From: an uncultured Bacteroidota bacterium | Lineage (GTDB): Bacteria > Bacteroidota > Bacteroidia > JABEUT01 | Length of the DNA stretch: 64,000 nt | NCBI GenBank assembly: GCA_963767125.1 | Contig: CAVYDB010000002.1 | Coordinates: forward strand, 71,991-135,990 | Direction: 5' to 3' | In this document: one piece after another, positions 56,314-64,000 of the stretch | Numbering within the stretch: position 1 is the stretch's first letter | Layout of the letters: the number at the start of each line of letters is the position of its first letter | Notes under the pieces: model-generated | Databases searched by the model: none | What the model saw: only the letters and a program-made list of their open reading frames with translations | Told to the model about the DNA's origin: nothing | Program-made: the position numbers and the translations under genes

Positions 56314-58264
56314 GTTTGTTTAAAATTACCGGCATAAACAGCTCCACAATAGTGCCGGATGGAGTACCGTCAGTATTTGTTTTATCAATAAGGTTCACGC
56401 TCGTTTTGGCTTTATTCAGCATATTTACTATTTGTAATCTTTCATTCGCAATAGATAACCCCATGGATTGATGCAGGGTTCCTTTCTTTAATTCCAGCGA
56501 ACGTTTCCTGCCTATTCCGTTATCATTAATAATGCATTTCAAATTGCCATTTATTTTTTCAAATCCAATTAAAAGTTCCCCTTGTTTGTTTTCGAGATGC
56601 ATTAATCCATGCCATATTGCATTTTCCACAAAGGGTTGTATTATGAGCGGTGAAATTAAAAAATTCTCTGCATCAATAGAATTTTCCACCGAAATACGGT
56701 AATTAAATTTTGATGAGAATCGTAACGATTCAAGCTCCAAATAAAGCTCCAGCATTCTTATTTCTTCCGCCAGCGGGATGCTTTCAAACCTGGAATTTTC
56801 CAGTACCTTGCGAATGAGTTGGGAAAATTTTGTCAAATGCAAATGCGCTGCCTTTGAATCATTATTAAGGATAAAATGTTGTATGGAGTTAATGGCATTA
56901 AAAATAAAATGAGGGTTCATTTGCGCCCGGAGGGCTTTTAGCTCCATCGCAATTTTTTGTTTTTCCACATTCAGTTTTTCCTTGCGGGTAGTTCTCCATA
57001 GACGAAATATTAATACTGCTATTAAAGCAATGGAAACAGCGATTGCAGCAACCAGGAAGGTTATTACTTTTTGTTTTGTGCTGGCTGCTTCAGCCAGCGC
57101 TTTGGTTTTTTCCGCGTCAGCCTGTTGAAGTGCCAGTTGTTTGTCATACTCATATTTAGCTTCCAGCTTTCCAAGTTGCTTGCTCTTTTGTTCATTTATC
57201 AGCGAATCTTTGGAATTGGTATATCTCTTATAACTCTCGTATGCCTTTTGCCATTCGCCAGTTTGGGCATATAATTCGCTTAACCTTTTATTGCCTTCGT
57301 TCTCAACATTTTTATTACTAATGCTATCAGCAATTTTTACCGATTTAGTGATATATTCTTCAGCAGTCTTATATTTCTTCTGTTCAAGATAGACCTGCCC
57401 GATGTTGTACACATATTTTGCTACCTCTGCCTGGTTTCCCATAGCTTCCGATTGTTTCAACACAGAAGTGAAATTATTCATTGCCTGCTTATAGTTACTA
57501 TCGGCAGCATAAACTCTTCCAATATTCCCCAATGCTGACGAAATGGCACGCTTGTTATGAATTTCTTCTCCTATTTTCAATGCCTTGCTGTAGTAATCGA
57601 GGGCTTTAGGGAATTCTTGTTTTTTAAAATAAACATTTCCCATGCATTCCAGGTTATAAGTTTCCCCATTTTTATTTCCTATTTCTTCATCAAGCCTGTA
57701 AGATTTTTGAAAGTAGGTCAAGGCATCTGCAAAATCATCCTCGTATAGATAAGCATCTCCAATGTTTCCTGTACAATTGGCAATTAACTTTTTATCATTT
57801 ATTTCTTCTGCAATTTTCAGGGCTTTAAAGAAATTAGAAAATGCATCGGGCAGTTTTCCCTGTGCATCATAAATCAATCCTACACTTGATGTGATAGATG
57901 CAACACTATACTGATTGCCCAGTTGCCCTGCAATATCCAATGCTTTAGAATAAAAATCTAATGCTTTAGGATAATCCGCCTGTAGATAATTGGCATACGC
58001 CATGTTCGCATAAGCCCTTTCCAGACCGGGGAAATAATAAATTCTTTGAGCAAGAGCGGAGGCGTTTTTCCCGCAATCAAGGGCATGTTGCATTTCGCCC
58101 TGGTCGCAGTATGCAAGGGCAAGCTTATTCAGGTGGACTACTTTTAGAGAATCTTCATGGTCAAAAATTATTTCTAATTTGAGCGAGTCAATCTGCCGTT
58201 GCTGTGCAGCAAGAAATGGAATAAAGAAGAGTAAAAAAGAAAAACAAGTAAATAACTTTTTCAT
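56300..58264 (-). CDS. TPR-repeat sensor histidine kinase (LytS/YehU-type His_kinase domain)
   Basis: Signal peptide, about 8 TPR units, a coiled coil and one TM segment. These are followed by 'LRAQMNPHFIFNAINSI' and a GHKL-type C-terminus. Confidence 0.85.
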   Translation of the reverse strand: MKKLFTCFSFLLFFIPFLAAQQRQIDSLKLEIIFDHEDSLKVVHLNKLALAYCDQGEMQHALDCGKNASALAQRIYYFPGLERAYANMAYANYLQADYPKALDFYSKALDIAGQLGNQYSVASITSSVGLIYDAQGKLPDAFSNFFKALKIAEEINDKKLIANCTGNIGDAYLYEDDFADALTYFQKSYRLDEEIGNKNGETYNLECMGNVYFKKQEFPKALDYYSKALKIGEEIHNKRAISSALGNIGRVYAADSNYKQAMNNFTSVLKQSEAMGNQAEVAKYVYNIGQVYLEQKKYKTAEEYITKSVKIADSISNKNVENEGNKRLSELYAQTGEWQKAYESYKRYTNSKDSLINEQKSKQLGKLEAKYEYDKQLALQQADAEKTKALAEAASTKQKVITFLVAAIAVSIALIAVLIFRLWRTTRKEKLNVEKQKIAMELKALRAQMNPHFIFNAINSIQHFILNNDSKAAHLHLTKFSQLIRKVLENSRFESIPLAEEIRMLELYLELESLRFSSKFNYRISVENSIDAENFLISPLIIQPFVENAIWHGLMHLENKQGELLIGFEKINGNLKCIINDNGIGRKRSLELKKGTLHQSMGLSIANERLQIVNMLNKAKTSVNLIDKTNTDGTPSGTIVELFMPVILNKLVYA

Positions 58265-58433
58265 AAAAGAAATGCAATTTTACTATGCTTGTATAGCAAA
58301 GATAGGAATAAAAGCTTGATTTTGTGAGAAAAGCCCGGTAAGCTTTATTCCTCATAGAAATAAATATTGGGAACGCTTCTCGCAAAGTACGCAAAGAAGC
58401 AAAAAAAAGCAGAAGGTTACCTGCAAGAACGCT

Positions 58434-59162
58434 TTAAAGGTTGGTAGCTTTGCCTAATAAAAAAACAGCCGGGTGGTCATTGAACAGTGACTTAGAAGTT
58501 TTCCAATTTCGTATAGGTTGAGTTTTTATTATTTCAGTGGGAAGTGTAATATCAGCGGCTACACACAATAGGGTTTCTTCCCTGCATGTATTCAGAATGT
58601 CTTTTAAAAGAGAGTCATTACGGTAAGGTGTTTCAATAAAAATCTGGGTCTGGTTTTTTTGCCATACCAGCGTTTCCAACTGGCGGAGAGCCTTTATTCT
58701 ATCTGGTTCTTTTTTAGGAAGGTATCCGTTAAAAGTAAAATTTTGCCCGTTCAACCCGGAAGAAATAAGCGCTAATAATATGGAAGAGGGGCCTACTAAT
58801 GGGATAACCCGAATATTGTTTTTATGTGCAAATAATATTATTTCTGCACCGGGGTCGGCAATGGAGGGGCAGCCGGCTTCACTTATCAATCCTGCGTTTT
58901 TGCCATTCATTAACCCCTTCATAATGAAATTAATATCCACATTTTTCGAATGCTCATTATACAAGTGGAAGGTAAGGGAATCTATGGGTTTATCAATCTT
59001 CGCTTTTATCAAAAAACGCCTGGCGCTTCGTATATCCTCTACAATATATTCATCAATAGAGCGTATTATTTCTATATTAAATGAAGGTAGAGAATTTTCT
59101 ACAGGGGCATCGCCAAGCAGGGATGGTATAAGATATAATATTCCTTTTGATTCCTTACTCAC
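58434..59162 (-). CDS. SAM-dependent methyltransferase, tetrapyrrole-methylase (RsmI-like) fold
   Basis: 'GILYLIPSLLGD', 'SEAGCPSIADPG' and 'GPSSILLALISSGL' are characteristic motifs of this fold. Confidence 0.65.
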   Translation of the reverse strand: MSKESKGILYLIPSLLGDAPVENSLPSFNIEIIRSIDEYIVEDIRSARRFLIKAKIDKPIDSLTFHLYNEHSKNVDINFIMKGLMNGKNAGLISEAGCPSIADPGAEIILFAHKNNIRVIPLVGPSSILLALISSGLNGQNFTFNGYLPKKEPDRIKALRQLETLVWQKNQTQIFIETPYRNDSLLKDILNTCREETLLCVAADITLPTEIIKTQPIRNWKTSKSLFNDHPAVFLLGKATNL

Positions 59163-59164
59163 AG

Positions 59165-59659
59165 TTATTCACCAAGTTGAATTTTATCAGCGATTGTATC
59201 ACAGGCTTTGTACAGCAAATTAAAAACTATTTCAAAATCTCTTTCACCTCCAAACCAGGGGTCAGGGACAGATAAATTAGCCCCGGGGTTGATTTCATCC
59301 AATATTAATTTTACTTTATTAATATCATCTTCGTTGGCTGCCTGGTGAATTACATCGGAATAATTTTCAGTGTCCATTACATAAATTTGGTCATATTTGC
59401 CAAAATCCCTTGGAGTGAGTTGCCTTGCCCTATGAGTAGATAAATCAATTCCGTGTTTCAATCCATTTTCTATAGTTCGTTGGTCGGCTTCGGCACCGGA
59501 ATGGTAATCAGAAGTGCCTGCGGAATCTACTTCTACCCAGGTAATATTTTTCTCCTCTAATTTCTTAATGAGTATTGCCTTTGCCATAGGGGAGCGGCAA
59601 ATATTTCCGAGGCATACCATTAGTATCTTTTTCTTCATAGGGGATACAAATGTATGCAA
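59165..59659 (-). CDS. Low-molecular-weight protein tyrosine phosphatase
   Basis: P-loop 'CLGNICRSPMA' and the 'DPW' Asp loop ('VPDPWFGG'). Confidence 0.9.
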   Translation of the reverse strand: MHTFVSPMKKKILMVCLGNICRSPMAKAILIKKLEEKNITWVEVDSAGTSDYHSGAEADQRTIENGLKHGIDLSTHRARQLTPRDFGKYDQIYVMDTENYSDVIHQAANEDDINKVKLILDEINPGANLSVPDPWFGGERDFEIVFNLLYKACDTIADKIQLGE

Positions 59660-59664
59660 TAGAT

Positions 59665-60132
59665 TTAGTGGTGATAAGGCTCTCCCTTTAAAATGGTCAT
59701 AGCCCGGTATAGCTGTTCCAGGAAAAAGAGCCTTGCCATTTGGTGATTGAAGGTCATGTTGGATAGGGAAAGGGTTTGAGATGCCCGCTCCCTTATTTCC
59801 GGCGCAAACCCATAAGGCCCACCGATGATAAATACCATTCTTTTACCTGGCATATTCAAGTATTTTTGGACTTGTTTGGCAAATTCTACCGAAGAGTATT
59901 GCTTGCCCGCTTCATCTAATAATATTACTAAATCAGATGGAGTTATTTTTTTCATAATTTCCTTACTCTCAGCCTGCATAGCAGCTTCTTTGCTATTTGA
60001 TTTATTCTTTTGAGATGATATTATTACCATATCAAAAGAGACATAGTGTTGCAACCGTTTGGCATAAAGTTCAAAGCCGGTGGCAAGATACCTGTCTTCA
60101 TTGTCTCCTATGGTGATTAATAATATTTTCAT
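59665..60132 (-). CDS. rlmH: 23S rRNA (pseudouridine1915-N3)-methyltransferase RlmH
   Basis: 155 aa SPOUT protein with 'FIIGGPYGF' and 'LSLSNMTFNHQMARLFFLEQLYRA'. Confidence 0.9.
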   Translation of the reverse strand: MKILLITIGDNEDRYLATGFELYAKRLQHYVSFDMVIISSQKNKSNSKEAAMQAESKEIMKKITPSDLVILLDEAGKQYSSVEFAKQVQKYLNMPGKRMVFIIGGPYGFAPEIRERASQTLSLSNMTFNHQMARLFFLEQLYRAMTILKGEPYHH

Positions 60133-60184
60133 TGAAAGAATACCTGAATAGTTTAATTTTGCATCTTCACAAATGTAACCTGTT

Positions 60185-61078
60185 TTGAAATCAGCTAAAA
60201 ATATTCCTCCGGTTTTTCATTCCAAAGATTTCCAAAAAAAGCTGGATTCCCTTATAGATTTAGCTTTGAAAGAGGATATTGGTGAAAGGGATCATACCTC
60301 TTTTGCCTGCATTCCTGTTGCTATTAAAGCCGAAGGCAGGTTATTAGTCAAGGATGACGGTGTAATAGCCGGAATAGAAGTGGCGAAACGCATTTTAAAA
60401 AAATTAGATAAAAAAATTACTATTGATACATTTTTCAATGATGGGGATGAAGTAAAAAAAGGAGATATTGCTTTTATGGTTAATGGTAATGCCCGTATGC
60501 TTCATACGGGGGAACGACTTGTACTTAATGTGATGCAACGAATGAGCGGAATTGCTACTACAGCTCACCGTCTTACCGCATTATGCAAAGGAACAAATGC
60601 CATTGTGTTAGATACCCGAAAAACTACGCCGGGTATCAGAATTCTAGAAAAATGGGCTGTATGCCTTGGTGGAGCAAGCAATCTCCGCTGGGGACTATAT
60701 GATATGATACTTATTAAAGATAACCACATTCATTGTTCAGGGGGAGTAAAAAAAGCCATAGTAAATACACATTCATATCTTAAACAGATAAAAAAGAAAT
60801 TACAAATTGAAATCGAAGTATCTAACCTTGAAGAATTGAAGGAAGTGATGGAAGTGGGTGGCATCCAGCGGATACTATTAGATAATTTTACTACGGCGTA
60901 CATTTCAAAAGCATTGAAGATTGTCGGTGGGAAATATAAAACTGAAGCATCGGGTGGAATAACGGAAAAGAATATTAGGAAATACGCCTTGACGGGTGTA
61001 GATTTTATTTCAGTCGGGGCGCTTACCCATAGTGTTAAGAGTTTGGATTTGAGCCTGAAAATTTATCCCTTAGATTGA
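60185..61078 (+). CDS. nadC: Nicotinate-nucleotide pyrophosphorylase (carboxylating)
   Basis: 'LDTRKTTPGIRILEKWAV', 'LIKDNH' and 'ASGGIT' are QPRTase motifs. The ORF track gives a TTG start. Confidence 0.9.
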   Translation: MKSAKNIPPVFHSKDFQKKLDSLIDLALKEDIGERDHTSFACIPVAIKAEGRLLVKDDGVIAGIEVAKRILKKLDKKITIDTFFNDGDEVKKGDIAFMVNGNARMLHTGERLVLNVMQRMSGIATTAHRLTALCKGTNAIVLDTRKTTPGIRILEKWAVCLGGASNLRWGLYDMILIKDNHIHCSGGVKKAIVNTHSYLKQIKKKLQIEIEVSNLEELKEVMEVGGIQRILLDNFTTAYISKALKIVGGKYKTEASGGITEKNIRKYALTGVDFISVGALTHSVKSLDLSLKIYPLD

Positions 61079-61503
61079 ATAAAATCGGAAAAACAGTTAA
61101 ACAACCTAATGAAGAAGAATTTGAGCAAGTAAAAAAACTTGCTAAAGAATTGTGGCTCGATATGGAAGACCTGAAACGAGAGCAATTTTATGTTCTATCC
61201 GATAACGGAAATGTTATTGCCTTTGGCAGATTGAGAGAACATCATGATTCTACAGAACTTTGCACCTTGGGAGTTTCTACAAAAGAACAAGCGAAGGGAT
61301 ACGGAATACAGATGGTGAATCACCTCCTGAAACAGGCTAAACGGGATGTGCACCTGGTAACTGTAATACCCGGATTCTTTACGAAACAGGGCTTTAATTT
61401 TGTAGAAAAATATCCGGCTTCATTGCAAAAAAAAGTGGATATGTGCTCTACTCACCATAATGTAGGAGAGATTTACCGGGTGATGAAATGGGAGAAGAAA
61501 TGA
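61075..61503 (+). CDS. GNAT-family N-acetyltransferase
   Basis: 142 aa with the acetyl-CoA binding motif 'VSTKEQAKGYGIQMVNHLL'. It overlaps the nadC stop by 4 nt. Confidence 0.7.
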   Translation: MNKIGKTVKQPNEEEFEQVKKLAKELWLDMEDLKREQFYVLSDNGNVIAFGRLREHHDSTELCTLGVSTKEQAKGYGIQMVNHLLKQAKRDVHLVTVIPGFFTKQGFNFVEKYPASLQKKVDMCSTHHNVGEIYRVMKWEKK

Positions 61504-61533
61504 AGTAGTATAAATATTTACTAAATTTGCGAC

Positions 61534-61710
61534 ATGAATAAGAAGCCGTCATTAAAAGTTTTATTGTCTAAGGCGGCAAGGTCTGCAAGACTTAAAGCAT
61601 CGCGGAAGAATTTGCCTATTGCCATTTCGGAAAATGGTGAAATAAAATTACTCTATCCTGATAATAAAATAAGAATACTGCACAGGAAAAAGCATAAAAA
61701 AGTTTCTTAA
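61534..61710 (+). CDS. Small basic ORF (58 aa), not in the ORF track; candidate antitoxin partner of the zeta-like gene
   Basis: Runs from ATG at 61534 to TAA at 61708-61710 and encodes MNKKPSLKVLLSKAARSARLKASRKNLPIAISENGEIKLLYPDNKIRILHRKKHKKVS. It ends 5 nt before the next start codon. Confidence 0.4.
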   Translation: MNKKPSLKVLLSKAARSARLKASRKNLPIAISENGEIKLLYPDNKIRILHRKKHKKVS

Positions 61711-61715
61711 TCTTA

Positions 61716-62441
61716 ATGCCGAAATTCAGACTATTTGCCGGTCCGAATGGTTCAGGTAAAACCCACTTATTTAAATACCTCAAAAGCCAATCGTATATTC
61801 ATACGGAGATCTATGTAAATGCAGATGACATTGAGGAGAAACTAAATAGAAAGAAAGAGTTTAACTTCAATGCTTACCGTGTTAAAGTATCAGATGATGA
61901 CTTTAAAAAGCATATTGAAAATTCAGGGATATTGAGCAAGATTAAAGCTTCATTTAACTTAAATCAGATGAAGATACAAAGCGGGGTTTTGAGATTAAGG
62001 CTGGGGAAAACTAAATTGAATTCGTATATTGCTTCTTTTGTAACCACATATCTTGCGGAGAAACTTATTCAAACAGGGCAATCATTTTGCTACGAAACGG
62101 TATTGTCCCATTCTTCCAAGATTGAATTAATGAACAAAGCCTGCCAAAAGGGATATAAGACTTATTTATATTTTATAGTTACAAATGATTGGCGCTTAAA
62201 TGTGGAGCGTGTCAAGTTAAGAGTAATGCAGGGAGGTCATAAGGTTGATAGACAGAAAATAGAATCACGTTATTACAAATCATTTGAAAATTTTCCCAAA
62301 GCGGCTGAACTTGCTGATACAGCCTTTCTTATTAATAATTCAAAAGAATTTAACCTTATTGCCGAATTAAAAAATGGAAAAATGTTTAAATTAAATGAGC
62401 CCATCCCTGATTGGTTTAAAAAATATTATCGTACTACATAA
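61716..62441 (+). CDS. Zeta-toxin-like P-loop kinase family protein
   Basis: 241 aa with the N-terminal Walker A 'FAGPNGSGKTH'. The size and 'ETVLSH', 'RVKLRVMQGGHKV' fit zeta/AAA-kinase-like proteins. Confidence 0.55.
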   Translation: MPKFRLFAGPNGSGKTHLFKYLKSQSYIHTEIYVNADDIEEKLNRKKEFNFNAYRVKVSDDDFKKHIENSGILSKIKASFNLNQMKIQSGVLRLRLGKTKLNSYIASFVTTYLAEKLIQTGQSFCYETVLSHSSKIELMNKACQKGYKTYLYFIVTNDWRLNVERVKLRVMQGGHKVDRQKIESRYYKSFENFPKAAELADTAFLINNSKEFNLIAELKNGKMFKLNEPIPDWFKKYYRTT

Positions 62442-62497
62442 CTACAAAAAATTGACTTTAGAATAATTAATATAACTTTGACTATCATATTACTGTC

Positions 62498-63211
62498 ATG
62501 AAAAAGCTTTTTTTATTCCTCCTGCTTTCTGTCTTATTCCTCTCTTTCAAAATTGAGGAACCAGGCTCCTATACCTACCAGATTGCCCGTATGAAATACC
62601 GGGGCGGAGGCAATTGGTATGTGAGCCCTACATCCTTGCCTAACCTGATAAGTTTTTGTAATAAAAATCTCGGCATGAATATTAACCCGCAGGAAGCAAC
62701 GGTAGAGCCGGGCAGTCCTGAGATATTTAACTATCCCTTAGTGCATATTTCGGGTAATGGGAATATTACTTTTTCGGGAGATGAAGCGGAGAACCTGAGG
62801 AATTACCTTATTGGTGGCGGGTTTTTGGAGGTGAATGACAGCTATGGTATGGATTCAGCATTTAAAAGGGAAATTAAAAAAGTGTTTCCTGAACTTACTC
62901 TTGTTGAATTGCCATTCACCTTTCCCATTTATCATCAGAAATATGATTTCCCAAACGGTTTGCCTAAGATACACCAGCACGACGGCAAAAGACCCATTGG
63001 CTGGGGGCTTATTTATAATGGTCGCCTGGTTTGCTTTTATAATTACGATGCCGACTTAGGCGATGGATGGGAAGACCAGGATGTATATAACGACCCTCCG
63101 GACATGCACGAAAAAGCCCTTGAAATGGGCGCAAATATATTGCAGTATTTTATGCTGGGGCAAATGCCCGCCCGTGCCGGTTCGGACGGGGACGGGAATA
63201 AAAAGCCTTAG
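62498..63211 (+). CDS. DUF4159-like secreted protein
   Basis: Has a signal peptide. 'ARMKYRGGGNWYVSPTSLPNL' and 'PLVHISGNGNITFS' fit the DUF4159 pattern as I recall it. Confidence 0.45.
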   Translation: MKKLFLFLLLSVLFLSFKIEEPGSYTYQIARMKYRGGGNWYVSPTSLPNLISFCNKNLGMNINPQEATVEPGSPEIFNYPLVHISGNGNITFSGDEAENLRNYLIGGGFLEVNDSYGMDSAFKREIKKVFPELTLVELPFTFPIYHQKYDFPNGLPKIHQHDGKRPIGWGLIYNGRLVCFYNYDADLGDGWEDQDVYNDPPDMHEKALEMGANILQYFMLGQMPARAGSDGDGNKKP

Positions 63212-63702
63212 GAGAACCAACCAGTTTTTAATATATTACGTTTCTTCAGGTAATCCCATAACTCAAAAAAGACTTCTTCTTTTTTCCAATTCCACTGATA
63301 ATATTGAGTTAAAGAGTATCGATTTTCATAAGTTATTTCAATACAACAACGGGCAGGGCTTAAGGTATTCTTTAGCCTAAACGAGAATTTTTCTATCGTA
63401 TTAGTAATTGCATGTTTCTTGTTTCTTTTCGTGAAAACAATATGTACATTATTTTCATTTATTTCAATTAAGGTTATAAAGGTAGAACATACTGAATCGC
63501 AAAGAAAAGCTACAAAAATTAAAACGATAATGCAGTATATAATAATGCCAAATGGTATTTCAATAGGTTTGTGCGAGTAAATATCCAGAACAGGACGCAC
63601 CATAAGTATGAATAATACAAAAACCAAAGGGAATATAAGTGCTTTTCTCATCCTTTGCCAATAGGTCTTATTTTCAACAACTTCTATTTTTAGATTTTCC
63701 AT
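63208..63702 (-). CDS. Hypothetical membrane protein
   Basis: 164 aa with two TM helices in the N-terminal half. Confidence 0.4.
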   Translation of the reverse strand: MENLKIEVVENKTYWQRMRKALIFPLVFVLFILMVRPVLDIYSHKPIEIPFGIIIYCIIVLIFVAFLCDSVCSTFITLIEINENNVHIVFTKRNKKHAITNTIEKFSFRLKNTLSPARCCIEITYENRYSLTQYYQWNWKKEEVFFELWDYLKKRNILKTGWFS

Positions 63703-63720
63703 TCATGCAAAAATATGTTT

Positions 63721-64000
63721 TTATTCTTGCAACGATGTGCGATGTTTACTTACCATCTCCCACACCACTATCCCCACACTTACTGCAAGATTTAATGAAT
63801 GCTTAGTACCGTATTGGGGTATTTCAATACAGCCATCGCAAGCATTTATTACAGTCTGCTCTACTCCCGTAATTTCATTGCCAAATATTAAAGCGATTTT
63901 TCCAGGCGCAACGGTGAACTTATCCAGCATAATACTTTCTTCAGCTTGCTCTACGGCATAAATTTTAAAGCCTTCGTTTTTCAGTGAATTGACGGCTTCT
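63721..64000 (-). CDS. SpoU/TrmH-family RNA 2'-O-methyltransferase, C-terminal part (gene continues beyond the window)
   Basis: 'IALIFGNEITGVEQ...IEIPQYGTKHSLNLAVSVGIVVWE' are SPOUT motifs 2 and 3. The frame stays open upstream of Met 63930 to the window edge. Confidence 0.7.
   Translation of the reverse strand, partial: EAVNSLKNEGFKIYAVEQAEESIMLDKFTVAPGKIALIFGNEITGVEQTVINACDGCIEIPQYGTKHSLNLAVSVGIVVWEMVSKHRTSLQE

Noticed and set aside
63063-63380. 105-aa plus-strand ORF overlapping the end of the DUF4159-like gene and the minus-strand membrane protein gene
   Set aside because: It overlaps two better-supported genes and has no motif support.

Overview
The window is a Bacteroidota-type chromosomal segment, judged from TAnnTTTG -7 promoter boxes, T9SS/SprB-repeat surface proteins, ECF sigma modules and LytTR/TPR sensors. 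It splits into two parts.

(1) Bases 1 to ~15,500 are a visibly more AT-rich accessory region.
- It begins with the tail of an integrative element. This carries a DUF3987-like P-loop protein, a Zn-ribbon/Toprim gene split by a complete IS3-family insertion sequence, and a tyrosine integrase.
- A cargo block follows. In order it holds a long structured hairpin, a short TonB-C protein, a Lys-rich DNA-binding protein, a frameshifted radC and three genes I cannot assign (7249-8851).
- The block continues with a Hachiman locus (hamA/hamB), a GmrSD-like DUF262/DUF1524 type IV restriction enzyme and a tail-anchored LRAT/PLAAT-like protein.
- The best candidates for something undescribed are the unassigned genes at 7249-8851 and the LRAT-like gene at 14701-15195. 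The 155-aa + 76-aa pair, which has an ADP-ribosyltransferase-fold-like opening motif, stands out most.
- Imperfect att-like repeats at ~5305 and ~15256 may bracket the cargo block.

(2) Bases ~15,500 to 64,000 are ordinary chromosome.
- Regulatory and transport genes: an ECF sigma/anti-sigma operon and a MacB-type permease.
- Surface proteins: a 1838-aa and a 575-aa SprB-repeat T9SS protein.
- RNA genes: tRNA-Ser(UGA) plus a decayed tRNA-Ser copy.
- Housekeeping genes: two tandem M13 peptidases, lipB, a SIS isomerase, rlmH and nadC.
- Other clusters: a TPR-histidine kinase/LytTR pair with DUF3857/transglutaminase genes, and a zeta-toxin-like gene with an unannotated 58-aa upstream ORF.

I saw no rRNA, CRISPR array or phage structural genes. 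All family assignments come from motifs read by eye, and no database search was possible.
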